Shown: piece by piece, positions 23,783-37,600 of the stretch
Layout of the letters: every line of letters starts with the position of its first letter
Position numbering within the stretch: the stretch's first letter is position 1
Assembly (NCBI GenBank): GCA_001643675.2
Contig: LSRY02000053.1
Location: forward strand, 372,001 to 436,000
Reading direction: 5' to 3'
Length of the DNA stretch: 64,000 bases
Origin: Monocercomonoides exilis PA203
Lineage: Eukaryota; Protista; Preaxostyla
Program-made: the position numbers and the translations under genes
Notes under the pieces: model-generated
Told to the model about the DNA's origin: nothing
The model's input: only the letters and a program-made list of their open reading frames with translations
The model's database searches: none

Positions 23783-25198
23783 ATGCAGGCAACAAGCGAA
23801 ACCGAAAGATTTAATGGTTTGTCCTCGTTGTTGCATTTGAATAACTTTAGATTTCATTTATTCTTTTTTTATAAAAGAATTGTTTTCAGAACTAGAAGAT
23901 TGCGATGAAGATGAACAGAGAAAGAAAATTATTGAAATGAATGATACAGTTGATGAAATGGATGAAGAAGAATTTAAATCCATTTTCACGAAAGATCTGT
24001 TCAATAAAATGGGCAAAATGATTGAAGAAAAGAAAATTTCAATGGAAATTGCCATTTTGTTATTGAAGCATGTTGGATATTGCAAAGTGATGAAAAATAT
24101 ATGGATTATGCACTTTAAAGAATCTTTGTTGAAAAGAAGAATTGAAAAGATGATTGCTGACGAAAATGAGAAAAAAGAAGAAAAGAACGAAAATCTTCTT
24201 GTTGGACTTTGTGAATGCTATCTAACTCTTGACTGTAGCTTCTCAAATGAATTGCTATCGATTTGCGCGTGCTGTCTTTTGAAAGTTGCGTCGAAGAAAG
24301 AGGAAAACAAGGAAGCTCAAAAAGAAGTGGAAATGGCTTTGCTGACTTTAAGCTATATTGATTATTTCATGGCTTGATAACTTTTTGTGTTTTTTTATTT
24401 TTATTTTTATTTTTGCCAATCCTTTTAAAACAGAAAATGCAAAATGAATTGTATTTGAATAGGATCAAAGAAATCATAAAACATCATCAGGAACATCACA
24501 ATCTGACTCTTCTAGCATGTCTATCAGCTTGGCAGTTTTTGATAAACAGGTTGCCAAATAACAGTTTGGAAAAAGTTATTGTGAACGAGCTGCGTTTAGC
24601 GAGAGAGGCAGCAAGAGAATTGGAAAGGCTGGTGAAGCAAATGGATTTGAAGAGAAGAGAAGGGAAAACGAATGGAAAGGAAATGAAAGAGATGGTAACT
24701 TTAATGAGGTGGCTCTCAACACTGAACGTTTATTTTGCCAACTTTACGTTGAAGAATAAAGAACTTGTTGGGCTTTTCAGATACATTATTCAGGTTTTTC
24801 GAGCATCAAAGGATAATTTCAAAGAAATAAGCGTAATTTGCATATCTCCGCTAATTTCAGCAGCAAATAACAGAGCAGTAAAAGTTGATTACTTGCTGAA
24901 AGGTGACGTCGTTGATGCGCTTTTGGAGGAGATTCAACAGCCAACACAGAATTACAGATTGACATATGAATGCATGGTTTTATCCCTGCATATTTCAATA
25001 AGGTTGGGAGCAGAAAATAATGAAAAAATTGGAAAAGCGAAAAGAAAGGCAACGAAAAGGAAGATATTTGAAAAGATGGAAGAAGACGGATATGAAGATT
25101 CAATGGTAAGTCTCCATGAAATGACGTCATATCGATCATTTATGCTTCGATATAATCAACCGGCAAAATATCTATCTGATTATTTTGTATTTCTGTAA
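23783..25198 (+). CDS. Member of an expanded helical hypothetical protein family (LFSELEDC...EEAQKEVEMALL type); 2 introns
   Basis: Exons 23783-23816, 23878-24371 and 24434-25198 join in frame. The second intron has a GC donor. A degenerate paralog lies at ~31190-31560. Confidence 0.6.
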
Positions 25199-26597
25199 AG
25201 GAAATGTACAATTCATGTCCATTCCTTTCGTCATCACATTTGACAATTTTAAAGCAGCAAGAAGATGAAGTTGAAGAAGGGAAAGATGAACAAACAGACA
25301 AATGAAAGAAAAAAAAAGAGGAGAAAAGAAAAGATTTCATTTTGAGACTACATTTTCTACTGTGCATGAAGTGTCATCAACACTATTTTCAATTATTCAT
25401 TCATTTTAATCAGTTTTCTCTTTGTTGCCTTAATTATATTAAAATTAATCTATGTATAGATTAAACTTTTAAGATTTATTCATTATTGTTTTGAATTTTA
25501 CAAAAATTATTCATAATAATAATTTTTGGAATCGAAATGTGCAAAATTCCTTTAAGGGAATCTTAAAAATTGAATGTTCGCTTTAAAAAATGGCTCATTG
25601 TTTACAAACCTCTTATATCAACACTCTTTGATATTGAGTATATTTTTTATTTATCATTTTGCTTTTTTAGTGTTTTCTTTCTAAATCAGTTATCCCTTTA
25701 TTGAAATTTTGTTTCAGTTTTTACGCAGATTAACCAAAAAATAATAAAAATGCATTTTTCTGTTTTTCAATTTTCAAATGAAGGATATGGGCTATTGTTA
25801 GGATAAGAAATTGCTAAGTTTTCGAAGGGTGCATATTTTATCTTGATCCCAAAAATTAATCTCACCAGTCTTTTTTTGAAACTTATTTTTGCTTTTTTGA
25901 TTTGTGAAAAGGCTAAAAACAAAAACAAAATAAATAGACTTCTTGTTGTTTATTTTTCTCAGTATTTTTTTGAAAAAAAAAACTTGAAATTTTTATGTTC
26001 AAAGAAATATTCAATTTTTTTTTATTTTAGTACCCAGATCAAAGACTTGCTGGCCGTGAAGCGAATATTTTGTATCGTGCGTTTTACACCACAATATCAG
26101 CATTCCACATTCCTATATTATAATTTTAACTTGTTTTTAACATTTTCAATTTTATTTTTTGGACTATTTTTCTCATTTCACTGTTTTTGCTTAAAACACG
26201 ATTTTCGGAATAAAAATGAATTCGTGTGCAAAAATAAAAGCATATGGGTGATTATTTTTGAAATAATAACTTTTTTCTGGGTGTTTATCATTATCAAAAT
26301 TCATTGTCATTTGTTAAATAGTTTTTATTAGTATTATGATTGTTTTTAATCGTTTCAAAAGTCAAAGTTTGTCTTGAAAAAAACAGAAGAGGCGTCTTGA
26401 AATGAATCTTTTTCATTTCAGAGTTCATTTTTGAATATTCTTGACAAAAATTCAAACCAAAATTTTTGGCATAAAAAATTTGGTTTCAAAAATAATTGCC
26501 CATATTCAGAAATACAAACAAAGAATATGGTTTTTTCTTTTCTTTTCAATCTTTCCTTTCCTATCCTTTCCTTTTCTTTTCTTTTTCAAGCAAAATA

Positions 26598-27280
26598 CAC
26601 CAAAATTAGTCGAAATCGAAAAAGTTTAATTTGAAATCGAAAATATTTTGTTCAACATCGAAGATTTTTTGTCATCCAAAAATTTGAAAAAAATCATAAA
26701 ATTCATACTCATGTCAGTTTCTTTTCTTTCAGAAAATGATCAAAGGAATTTATCAATATTTATCAGGAAATAGTTTTTTTGATGTATTTTTGGTGTACGA
26801 TTGTATTCTAAAGAGTGAATATAAAAAAATTGAATACTTATTTTTTCTTCACATGCGCTCAGAATATAATAAGCAATTTTTGCAAAAAAATAAAACTGAT
26901 AGAATAGTTCATAATCTTATTTTGATCACAAAAATACAAAAATTTATCTCATTTATAGAAAACGAAATGTTTTGTTTTTCATTTATTGAATAGGAACCCG
27001 ATGAAATTACACATTTTCAATCTTCAAAATGAGAAAAGAATCGATTGAAATCAATCTTTATCATGGAAAGCAGTTGCTAAAAACGAGAGAGAAGCATTTT
27101 CAATAAATAAACATTTGTTTCTATTAACAATTGTGTCAATGAAGTTTCCATGGTTTCGACTTGAATTCAAATTCTGAACAAATTTACATCTTTTTCGATT
27201 TTGAATTAAACATTATCGATGTTGAATTAAATATTTTCGATTTCGAATTAAAGTTTTCCTATTTCAAATAATTTTTTGTG
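26598..27280 (-). mobile_element. Degenerate inverted copy of the 32116-33067 foldback/MITE element
   Basis: Starts TA|CACCAAAATT and has a few 21-bp units at each end. Its internal sequence (e.g. ctcatgtcagtttctttt, aagaatcgattga) is the reverse complement of the 32116-33067 interior. The right terminus is decayed (ttttgtg|tc). Confidence 0.75.
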
Positions 27281-27609
27281 TCATTGAATGAATAATGCAA
27301 TTTTCTGATAAGATTGATGAGTTGTTTATTTCGTTGATTACATATCATAAAACAAATCACAATATTTTTGTAAGCATATAAAAGCAATATTGAAGTTTCC
27401 GAATTGCAGGAATAAAACTATTTTCATTTTTATTTTTCGAATTTTTTTTTGCCGGCTCAATTTCATTTCCAGTTGAAATCCGAAATTATTGAATTGCCGT
27501 TTCTCTTTTTCTTTCATTAATAACTCTATCTTTCTTATCATTTCACGCATCTTCTTTATTTTCGTTATCATTTCTATCTTCATTTTCTAACCACATCCCC
27601 GTAAAATCT

Positions 27610-29660
27610 CTAATGCCAACTTCTTTTCAAAGAAGTACATTTTCTTCCTTTCGCCTTTGCATCTGTTTTTAGAAGCATCCCACATTCTCTGCAATTTTTT
27701 CCTCCTCCTTTTCCTCCAGAACTTGTATCCTTGCTCACACAGCAGGTGGAGAAGGTTGTGTTCCTCACAGAAAATGTGTTGGCAGTGGAAGATGAGGCGA
27801 ATGAGATGCACCCGCCATTGGTGGCAGTCTGTTGGCTCAACTGTTCTGAGTTGATGTTGGCGATGATGCAGTTGGCGAGGGAGAGGGAGAGAGCAGGGGA
27901 GGTGGCAGAGGAGAGGACACAGCTGGCGGGAGTGGCAGTGGAGGTGATATCGGTGATATTGGAGGAGTTGAGAGTGAGGGGGTTTGTGAGGGAGGTGAGG
28001 TGGAAGATGCTTTGGCTGTTGAGGGAGAGTTGGGTGATTGCTGTGTGGTTGAGGGGGAGGGAGCCAGCAGTGAGGAAGAAGAGGGGAGTTTTTATTGTTA
28101 TGGAGGTTGTTCCGGTGATGGTGGTCGTGTTGAGGTTGAAGGAAGGGGAGTTTTTGGAGAGGTGAAAGAGGATGGAGGTGATGGGATTTGAGGAGTTGTG
28201 AGCGATGGTGAGGGCAGAGACTGTGAGGGAGCCCTGAGTCTGTTGGAAGAGGGCAGACGAGGCAGATGGATCTGGTGAAGAAGATGTTGATGATGATGAT
28301 AAGGATGAAGATGAAGAAAATGATGATGCTGATTGTGATGACTGTGAATGTGAGTTTTGTGGTTGAGGAATGCCACTGGAGGCGATGGTGGTGGCAGTTG
28401 TACCATTTCCTGTGATTTTTGTGTCAACAGCGCTGAAGGTTAGTGTTTGAACGGGAACAAATGTTGAGCTGAGGAGGGTGAGAGAGGCGTCTTGGAATGG
28501 GATAAATCCATTGAGTGCATACTCAATCGTGGCGCATGGATTTTCCTGTGTATTGCCGCAAGAGTCAACATCTGATCCGTTATTTGCAACGATTTTGTTC
28601 TGTGCGATCAGGGGAAGCCGGCCATTGTACTCAGCATTATCTGCAGTTCCAGCATTCCACACTCTTTTCGTAAAGGTTGTAGATCCACACTGACTGAACG
28701 GAGATTGGGTGATATTAGTTCCATTGAAGAACACATCATTCCCTCTGCCATTTGTAGCTGCGTTTCCATCGAAGAAGCAGAATGTGATGAATTTAAACCC
28801 GCTCATCCAATTATATGCTCTTGTGCAACACAATCCAGCTCCTCCACGATTTGACGATGATGAAGTTAACTTATTATTGATGAACTGACACTCAACGATT
28901 GAAAACAGGTTGAACTTGTTATTTGGAGGCCAGTGAAATGTGAGAGAGCCAGCAGCATCACCACCGGAATTTACAATACACTTGCATTTGGTGAATAAGA
29001 ATTGGCCGTTTGATGGAAAATCGCCAATTCAGAAATACCAACCAGTTACGCGCCAATTTGTGATTGAACAACTTTCCACTCAATTTTCAGAAATGAAATA
29101 ATTGGAATTTGATTGCGGCCAGCCAATATAAGCAGCTCCTCCATGAGCCGCAGAGCCGTTTGTGAAATTGGATTTTGTAATGTTCAACTTAAACAAGTAA
29201 TCGCAACGCATTGCCCCACCATTATTTGTTGTTGAACATTTGAAAAAAGAGCATGTTGTGATTGTGAGATTTGCATTTATGCGAATAACAAAAAATGCTC
29301 CTCCATCACTACTTCCACTGTTTGAATTTTCCCCTTCGCACCATTCAAAGAGATTGCTATTCGAATCAGAAAAGGGCAATCGACTTTATTTCTTTCTTTG
29401 AGTTTCATTTTCAATATGTTCAACAGGAGAATTTTGTAAAGAGCGTGTTTGGTGGAAAAAGGAAGCGTTAAAGGCAGAAAGAGAAGTGAATGGGTTGTTG
29501 AGGATGGGGAGGATTGAACCATCGATGGGATTGTGAGTGTGATAGAAAAGGGTTGAGTGAACGGAGAAGGAGAGGATAGCTTTGCTGTTTGCGATGATGA
29601 TGGATTTGAAAAGAAAATAATAGTTATTAGAGAAAATCTCAGTAATGATTTTCTGCATTT
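27610..29660 (-). pseudogene. Truncated, frameshifted N-terminal fragment of the beta-helix (GGAI/GGG-repeat) surface/receptor protein family
   Basis: Fragmented ORFs with F..C...GGA motifs and CG....PC.TI..A. 27700-28420 closely matches 63340-64000, and homology stops at GGKGGG. Confidence 0.7.
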
Positions 29661-30651
29661 TTTTAGAATGGCCTTTAAGAATAATCACAGCTTGAACCAG
29701 TTCACTTTCATGGAATAAAACATTAACGTTTGGCTTTTTGTTCAACTAAAAAAGAATCTCATAATGTAAGAAAAGCTCAATGAAATATAAAAAGACAGTG
29801 AAATCACAAAAAATAATCCATTTTGTTAACGAATCAAAATCCAACAGAAAGAATTTTTTTCATTAACCAATCGCCAAAATTCAAAAAATAAAAAAAATTG
29901 TTTAAACAATTCAACGAAAATATATTGTAACCAAAACAAACTTTTTACAATAAATTAGGAATACAGTAGATAAAATGTGAAATAAATTGGTTTTTACAAA
30001 TTATTCGTGTTATTTCAAGTTTCAGCCACGAATTTTGAATTAACCCAGTTATTTTGAAATAATCAAAAAAAAAACTTAAATCTACTGGACGTTTTTTTAA
30101 TAATATTGAATTGAAATATTTTTTTATGGAAAAATGGTTGCAACAATGTTCTGAATTGTTTTTGTTTGTATTATTTCGTCTTCGAAATTTTTATGGTTTT
30201 GTTTTTGTTCATAAAAAATAATATCTAAACATAATTTTTCTAACTTTCTAATGCATATAAGCGTTCAAGTGTTGTTTTGCCCGTTGAAATAATTTATGTT
30301 TTTTTTCAATTTTTTATTGATTTTTCTATTCATGAAAAAAACTCATGCACACATATGTTATTTTGTTATCAATTATTTGTTTTTGTATTTCTTGAAAAAC
30401 GGTATCAACTGCTCACTCTTCAACAACAAATAATCGATTAACACAGTTTTGTTAATTGTTACTATTTTTGATATGCAAATGCATATTCAGCAAATTTCTC
30501 CGTAATAATTTTTCACATTTATTTAAACATGAACAGTGCTGTTAATAAGTTTAAAAAAATCTTTATTCACTAATTTGCATGAATAAGGGAAAATTCAAAT
30601 TTCATTGAGCCATCTCCTGAAAATATGCACTTCTTCTGCTTCATTTCTTTT

Positions 30652-30746
30652 TCCTCTCACTCTCTCTCTATCTCTATCTCTCACTCTCTCTCTCACTCTC
30701 TCTCTCTCTTTCTCTTTCTCTCTCTCTTTCTCTTTCTCTTTCTCTT

Positions 30747-30778
<32 letters not shown>

Positions 30779-30808
30779 TCTTTCTCTCTTTCTCTTTCTC
30801 TTTCTCTT

Positions 30809-30891
<83 letters not shown>
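30652..30891. repeat. Compound pyrimidine microsatellite (CT)n/(CTCTTT)n/(CTAT)n
   Basis: Directly visible. Confidence 0.95.
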
Positions 30892-31189
30892 TTTTCCCTC
30901 CGCTATCCCTTATCCAATCTACATTTTTTCCTGTTCTTTCAATTCTCTTGGCTTCTCTGATATAATGCAGCTCATTCACAGCTACTTTTTCCATCTCTTT
31001 TTCCTCACGAATCATGTCAATGAAAAATAACCAAGCAGAATGATAGGAAAGGAGAGTGTGATTGTTAAGATTATGACTGCAATGGATTGTTTCGATTATT
31101 CCATTCAAATACAAAATTTTTTCTATTATCTGTCAAAAAAAAGCAAGAAAAATTCTGAACATAAAATAAAGAGAAAATAAACACACGTG

Positions 31190-31560
31190 GCAACATTCAA
31201 TGTTGCTCAAAGCCAGTGAAGCTATTTCCACTTCTTTCTGACTTTCTCGCTTTCCTCCTTGTTCAATGCAACTTTCAGAAAACAAGGTACACAAATTGAA
31301 ATCAATTCCCCTGAAATGAATTTTTTATCCAGCAAAATTAAGCATTCGCAAATATCACTCACCTGCTTTCACCACTTTTCCTTCCTTCTTTTCATAAAAT
31401 GAATTTTATCGAACATATCATCAATAAAATCGGTTTTATTATCTTCTTTATTCATTTCATCGTTCATTGAATTCATTTCAAATATTATCCACTTCTTTTC
31501 TCTTCATTGCTTTCTTCCTATCCGGAAAACTAATCTTTTCAAAAATAATAAATTTTTTCC
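31190..31560 (-). pseudogene. Decayed fragment of the 23783-25198 family
   Basis: The minus strand reads DICECLILL...ELISICVPCFLKVALNKEESEKVRKEVEIASLALSNI, matching LCECYL..ELLSICACCLLKVASKKEENKEAQKEVEMALLTLS. No long ORF. Confidence 0.7.
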
Positions 31561-32115
31561 GAATATCAAGAAATCATACACAGCAACAACAACTGCATAC
31601 AAATGACCTTTTTAGTGTTGTCACTCTCCAGCATTTTTTCAAATGCATGTCAACCAGTAAGCGCTGATTAAAAGTTATTCAAACTTTATGAGAGAAAGCT
31701 TTTTAAAAAGAAATTCAAATATGTAAAAAATAATTAAAAATGATAAAAATAAATGCTCTCAAACCGGTTTTTATTGCATTTTTGTTTTCAATCCATATGT
31801 GTCGAGAAACCTTGATGATGATTTGATCATTTACATAAATGAATATAAATTAATGCGAAAATTACAAAAATAGAAATATATTTCTATAATATTGTTAAAT
31901 ATTGTTTGTTGATTAAGTGTGAACTATTTGTTTTTTATTATTTCATTGTTTCACTAAAATACAGAAAGTTCAAAAGACAAAAAAAGCGAAACTCTTCAGA
32001 CATAAGAAAAACCTATCAAAGAGATGGATGCAAATGCTCAATGAGCAGTTGTGTTTATAAAAAAGTTCATTATTTTTTCAAAATAATTCATTTTCCCATT
32101 CGAAGGAAAATGATA

Positions 32116-33067
32116 CACCAAAAATTATTCAAGATCGAAAAACTTTAATTCAAAATCGAAAAAGTTTAAAACAACATCGAAAAAGTTTAATTCAACATCG
32201 AAAATTATTATTCAAAATCGAAAAAGTTTAATTCAAGATCGAAATTTATTATTCGAAATCGGAAAACTTTAATTCGAAATCGAAAATGTTTAATTCGAAA
32301 TCGAAAATGAAGATAATTTGTTCAGAATATCAATTCAAGTCATAACCGAAATATTTTCATTAACATAAATGTTGATAATAACTTTTGTTTATTTATTGGA
32401 AATGTTTTTCTTTCGTTTTGAACGACTGTTTTCTACGATATAGACTGATATCAATCGATTCTTTTCTCATTGTGAAGATTGAAAATGTTTTATTTTATCA
32501 GTTTTCAATTCAATGAATGAAATTCAAATCATATCGTTTTCAATAAATGAGATAAATTTCTGCCTTTTTGTGCACAATCCAAGATCATGAACTATCCTAT
32601 CTCTTTTATTTATTTCTTTTATTCCTTAAAATCTCCTGAACATATGTGAAGAGTTTTATTATAACTCAGTTTTATCCTATATACTCTATTTCACACAATC
32701 AAACACCAAAAAAACATCAGTAAATATTTTTCAAATTGAAATTGACAAATTTCTCAGATCGTGCTTCGAAATAAAAGAAACTGACATGAGCACGAATTTT
32801 TAAATTTTTTTCAAATTTTTAGATAATAAAGAATCTTCGACGTTGAATTAAATATTTTCGATTTCGAATTAAACTTTTTCGATTTCGAATTAAAGTTTTC
32901 CGATTTCGAATAATAAATTTCGATCTTGAATTAAACTTTTTCGATTTTGAATAATAATTTTCGATGTTGAATTAAACTTTTTCGATGTTGTTTTAAACTT
33001 TTTCGATTTTGAATTAAAGTTTTTCGATTTTGAATTAAACTTTTTAGATGTTGAATAATTTTTGGTG
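32116..33067. mobile_element. Non-autonomous foldback/MITE-like DNA transposon (952 bp) with ~200-bp TIRs of 21-bp tandem units, flanked by TA
   Basis: TA|CACCAAAAATTATTCAA...TTGAATAATTTTTGGTG|TA. About 9 left and 11 right units (consensus TCGAAAAAGTTTAATTCAAAA) in mirror order. No coding capacity. Confidence 0.88.
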
Positions 33068-33611
33068 TAACAAATTTTGGGAAAAACAAACAAAAAAAGC
33101 TTTATTTATGAAAAACATAACATAATATTTAATGTTGATGCGTTATTGGCTTAAACCTTCAAAACATTGTTTTTATGATAAAAGCAAGACTTTCAGGTCA
33201 CAATTAAAAAACATTGGTTTTTCTTAAAAACGCTTCCTTTAATTTATAATTACTGGGGAATCTTGAAATAAACAAAATATCTTGAAATATTTTTTTATTT
33301 CACAATTTATCTAGTGCTATTTAATAAATTATATTTTATTATTGAAAATTTCGCTATTGTGACAAACACTAATTCAGAATAAAATGAACCTTCGTGAATA
33401 TATTGGTCTTTCTCTTATTTCATCTATTTCACCCATTCAAGGAAACAAATCAGAATATATATTGAAACATCAACTTCACGAAAGATTCACAATCATTCAT
33501 AATATTTAAAGAGTTCCCTTTTAAAGAATATCAGCAAAAAAAGTAATGAAATGAGATGAATTGAAAAATTCTGAAGTGAAAATTGATATTTAAATCTTTA
33601 TAAAACTTGCT

Positions 33612-34425
33612 TTAGCCCGCATCACCCGCAATTTTTTTCGAATTTTCCAAGTTGTCACTTCTTAATGCCTTTCTGGCTTTCTTTGCAGCATTCTTCTTCT
33701 CTCTCCTTTTTGCTTTTCTGCTCACTCTTTTTTCTCTTTCATAAAGAAGAACACGTCCATACTTTTTCTCATTCAAATACTCTTCGCATTTTCTTTTAAG
33801 TTCTGCTGCAGTGTGTTGCATTCGATTTATTTTGAAATCTTTTGACATTGCTCCATAATCATCTCCCCATTTTTTCATTAACGCTTCGCATAGTTTTACG
33901 TCCGTTTCACACAGCAATTTTTTTCTCATGTTGGGTCCATGAGGAGCCCCCCTGTCCACCAATTCTAGTAAAATTGAAATAATTAAAAAACAAAGAATTC
34001 AAAATAAAAAAATAAAAAAATAACATACCAGCTTCATCATAGCGTTTTAAAGGATTAACTTTTGGTAACATTGTCATTTCATCAATCAAATCATTTGGAT
34101 CTTCAATCTGTCCCTTGATTGGATCAACTAAAGGATCTGTAACTCGAAGAGAATCAGCGTTTTGCTTCCTTTTTTTCGATTGAGCATCTTCTTCCTCCCT
34201 AATCAGATCAACATGTTCCACTGTTCCATCTGATTTAACTTTTGGAAATTCGCGTGCCGGACCCCGTGATAGCCGGACCAAATGCTGATCTCGCAATTCT
34301 TTTGGGGTTATATTAAATTTTGTCAATGCACCAATTTTTGCGTAATTTGCCTTCAAAGACATACGGCGATTGTACCTAAATGGTTTTGGTGTTCTTTTTG
34401 TGTTTGATTCTTTTTGCGTTTCCAT
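33612..34425 (-). CDS. NOP16: Ribosome biogenesis protein Nop16; one intron (33965-34028)
   Basis: N-terminal YNRRMSLKANYAKIG and C-terminal LMKKWGDDYGAMSKDFKINRMQHTAAELKRKC match the two Nop16 motifs. A GT-AG intron joins the two ORFs in frame. Confidence 0.85.
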
Positions 34426-34629
34426 GGTTCAAGTTAAAGTAAGCGAGAATCAGAACAAACAAAAAAACCAAAGATCAAAGATCATTCAGATCTTTTGTTA
34501 CATAAATATATTTATTATTTAAATGGATTAAAAAAGTGAAAATTAACATTTCTTAAAGAAAAAAAATTAAAAAAAAAAAATGAGCTTAAGAGTTTATTGA
34601 TAATTTGATGTAATTGCCATTTTCATAAT

Positions 34630-37600
34630 TCAGTCATCCATGTTAAGTCCTTTATCATCAGCAACTTCCTCAAGGATATCCTCAAAAAATTGTTGAATCT
34701 TTTGTTGAACAAAATCATCAATAAGTGGATCGCAAACGCTTCCTTCTCCAAGCGTGCCGCATATATCTAAATATATCCATTTTTCTGTCTCGCATCTCAT
34801 CTCCGCATTGAACATTTCCTTCATTTTCTTTTCTTCCTCTTCCATTTTCAGTCTCTTTAGCTCTCTGCTTTCATTCGACTCTTCTTCAAATCTTCTTCCA
34901 AAGTCATCAAAGTCGTCATCAAACTCGTACTCATCGTCGTTGTAGCTCGACCGCCTTTTCCCGCTTCCTTCGCCTTCTCCTCCTTCAAACTGCATCGACC
35001 AGTCTAATTGAGCCATCTCAATCAGTCGCTCGTTCATGTGGCACCCGACAAACACATTCTTCTCCTTCACTTGCACCCTCTTCATTTTGATCTCCTTCCA
35101 CCTGTTTTTGCTTTCCTCCCTCCCTCTTCCGCCAAACGACGCGCCTGCCCCTTTCCCTCTCCCCACCCCAACGCTGCTGCTTCCACCGCTTCCTGTGCCA
35201 AGCAGAAGAGAAGCACTGTTCCCACCAACGAAATTGCTCCCGACCATCTTCAGCAGAGAAGAGCTGCTGCTCAGCGCCAGGCTTCCCCCATACACCGAGT
35301 TCTGCGCCACTCCCAGCGAAGACGCTGACGGAAGCAGGGCAGCCCCTTCGCTTCCTTCTCCAAAGCCTGCCAGGCCCATCAATGAAGAAGCGGCTGCTGT
35401 TATTGTCCCTGTGGAAGTGCCTGTGGTTGCACAAAGGGTCGCGTTGGCTTCAATTCCTCTTGTCTTCGACAGCGCAAACATCAAAAACTTGCTCACATTG
35501 ATCATAACTTCGCCTTCTTTGCTGCTCTCCTTCTTTGTTCTGTTTCCGTTTATTAATTTTCTTCTCCGTATTTCAATTTCTTTCTCTCTATCTCTTTCTT
35601 TTTCTCTCTCCTTTCCTTTTCCTTCTCCCTCATCGCTTCTAATCGATACATCCAGCAGATCTGCATCATTTTTGCCTCTTCCGTTCCTCGAGCTCCCGAG
35701 TGCAGGCGAAGATCCCACAGAAGAGAAAGGCTTTGGCGAAAGAGGCGCCACAACAGGAACAGTGGCGCTGAGCGGGTTGATCGCTGCGTGAGAGCCGAAC
35801 TGGCCTGAAAGCGCAGACTCTGAGCTGAGTGTGGACGAAAGAGACACACTCGACTGTGATCGCATCAGAAGCCCCTCTTTCGCAGAGTCTCTGAGCAGAG
35901 CATCCGAAGCACCCTCAGACGTGGTGGGTGCGAGGGACAACAAAGAAAGAGGAGCAGGTGGAGGCAGCTTGTACAGGGAGACTACGTCAGAGGCGCTTAT
36001 CGTGGGGCCCTGCACGACAGACTCCAGCATATCCACACTCACCTTGTGGCGGAGGAGAAGAGGTGAATTGGCAGCGAGGGGAGGCAATAAAGCTGTTGAT
36101 GAAAAGTTGTTTTCCTGTGAAAAAGCAGAGTTTTGTCTGTCATTTTGAGTTCTGCTGTTGTTTGATGGCTGAAGAGACTCGAAAGGAGGAGAGCGATATC
36201 TCAAAGAGAGTACAAGCGACGATGGAGTGAAAGAAACAGCAGAATTAACAGAAGAAGAAGAAGAATTCGCAGAAACTGCAGAATCCGACGATGCGGACTC
36301 AGACTTAACACTCGGTTCGAAAAGAGAAGCAGAATGTGATTGCAGAGAAGTGGAAGGAAGGCACAGCAAAGCCGAAGACGGGACTGGCTTAAGCGAATCA
36401 GCTATTTCTTCAAAGCAATCGTTGAGGGCACTTCTGTATGCCTTCATCAGAATCACCTCGTTTTCATTCATCTCGTCGTGCGCCCACAATTCGTCGCTCA
36501 CTCCAAACTCTGATTTGTCGGATCCTCTCGGACTGACTGACAGAAGCTTGTCTTTATCTTTATCTTTTCCTTTCTTCTTCTTCTTTTCTTTTTCGTCTTC
36601 TTCTTTAGAAGCTGATGACTCTTTTACATCATCCACTTCTTTGTTTGTTCCTTTGCTTTGCTTCTTCTCCTTCTCTTTCTCTGTTTCTTTCTCCTTCTCC
36701 TTCTCTTTCTCCTTTTTCACTCCCTTCCAGTCTTCCGTTTCAATCATCGTATCAATCTTTCCCATGAACCTTCTTCTGAACTCATTCAAAGGCGCTAGCA
36801 TTCGTCTCAGTGCTGTTGGGGCAACATAACCACTCAATGAATCCTTCCCTTTCTCTCCTTTCCTTTTCACTTCTTCTCCTTTTTTCCTTCCTGTGAACAC
36901 TCCACTGACACTTCCTCCTCCTTTCTCAACCATTGCATTGTTACTTCTTCCTTTCTCTCTTTCTCTTTCTCTCTCCCCCTTCTCTTTCTCATTCTCCTCC
37001 TTCTCCTCCTCCTTCCACAGCTCGTTCTCTGACACTGAACTCAGCGTGGATGTGAGCAGCGAGCGAATTGGCGATCGGCCAGATGCTGCCAATAGAGCAA
37101 TGTCTCTTGAACTGGCTGTACTCAGCAGAGAAGAATTGGCTGAGGAGGCGCTGGCGACTGAGGAAGACGTGGTTGACAGAATAGAATTGGATGTTTGACT
37201 GAATTTCGTGTCATTCAGATCGTTGTTGATATCTTTCTCTTTATCCTTTAACTTGTCGATTTCTTTGGATATAGATTTTTCTTTCTCTTTCTCTTTCTCC
37301 TTCTCTCTCTCTCTTTCCTTCTCCTTCTCCTTCTCTTTCCCCTTCTCTCTTTCAAGCGGCTTCAGCTTCTGTGTGGAAAGCGTCCAGGTAAGCCTCATAG
37401 CCATTTCTGTCTCTCTCATCTTCTTCCTCTCTTTGTCTTCTCCAAACTCGCCTTCTCTTCCTTCTTCGTCTTCAATCAGATCCTTCCCCAGCCTCAGCAG
37501 CTCCGCCTCTTTCTCCTTCCGCTCGTCTTCTTCCATTTCGCAGAGGACTTCATCGGCAATGCGAAGAAGATCAAACTTCTCTCTTCGAATGTGCGGGGAC

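Noticed and set aside
32116-33067. CRISPR-like array
   Set aside because: Units are contiguous with no unique spacers and form mirrored TIRs. No cas genes, and the context is eukaryotic.
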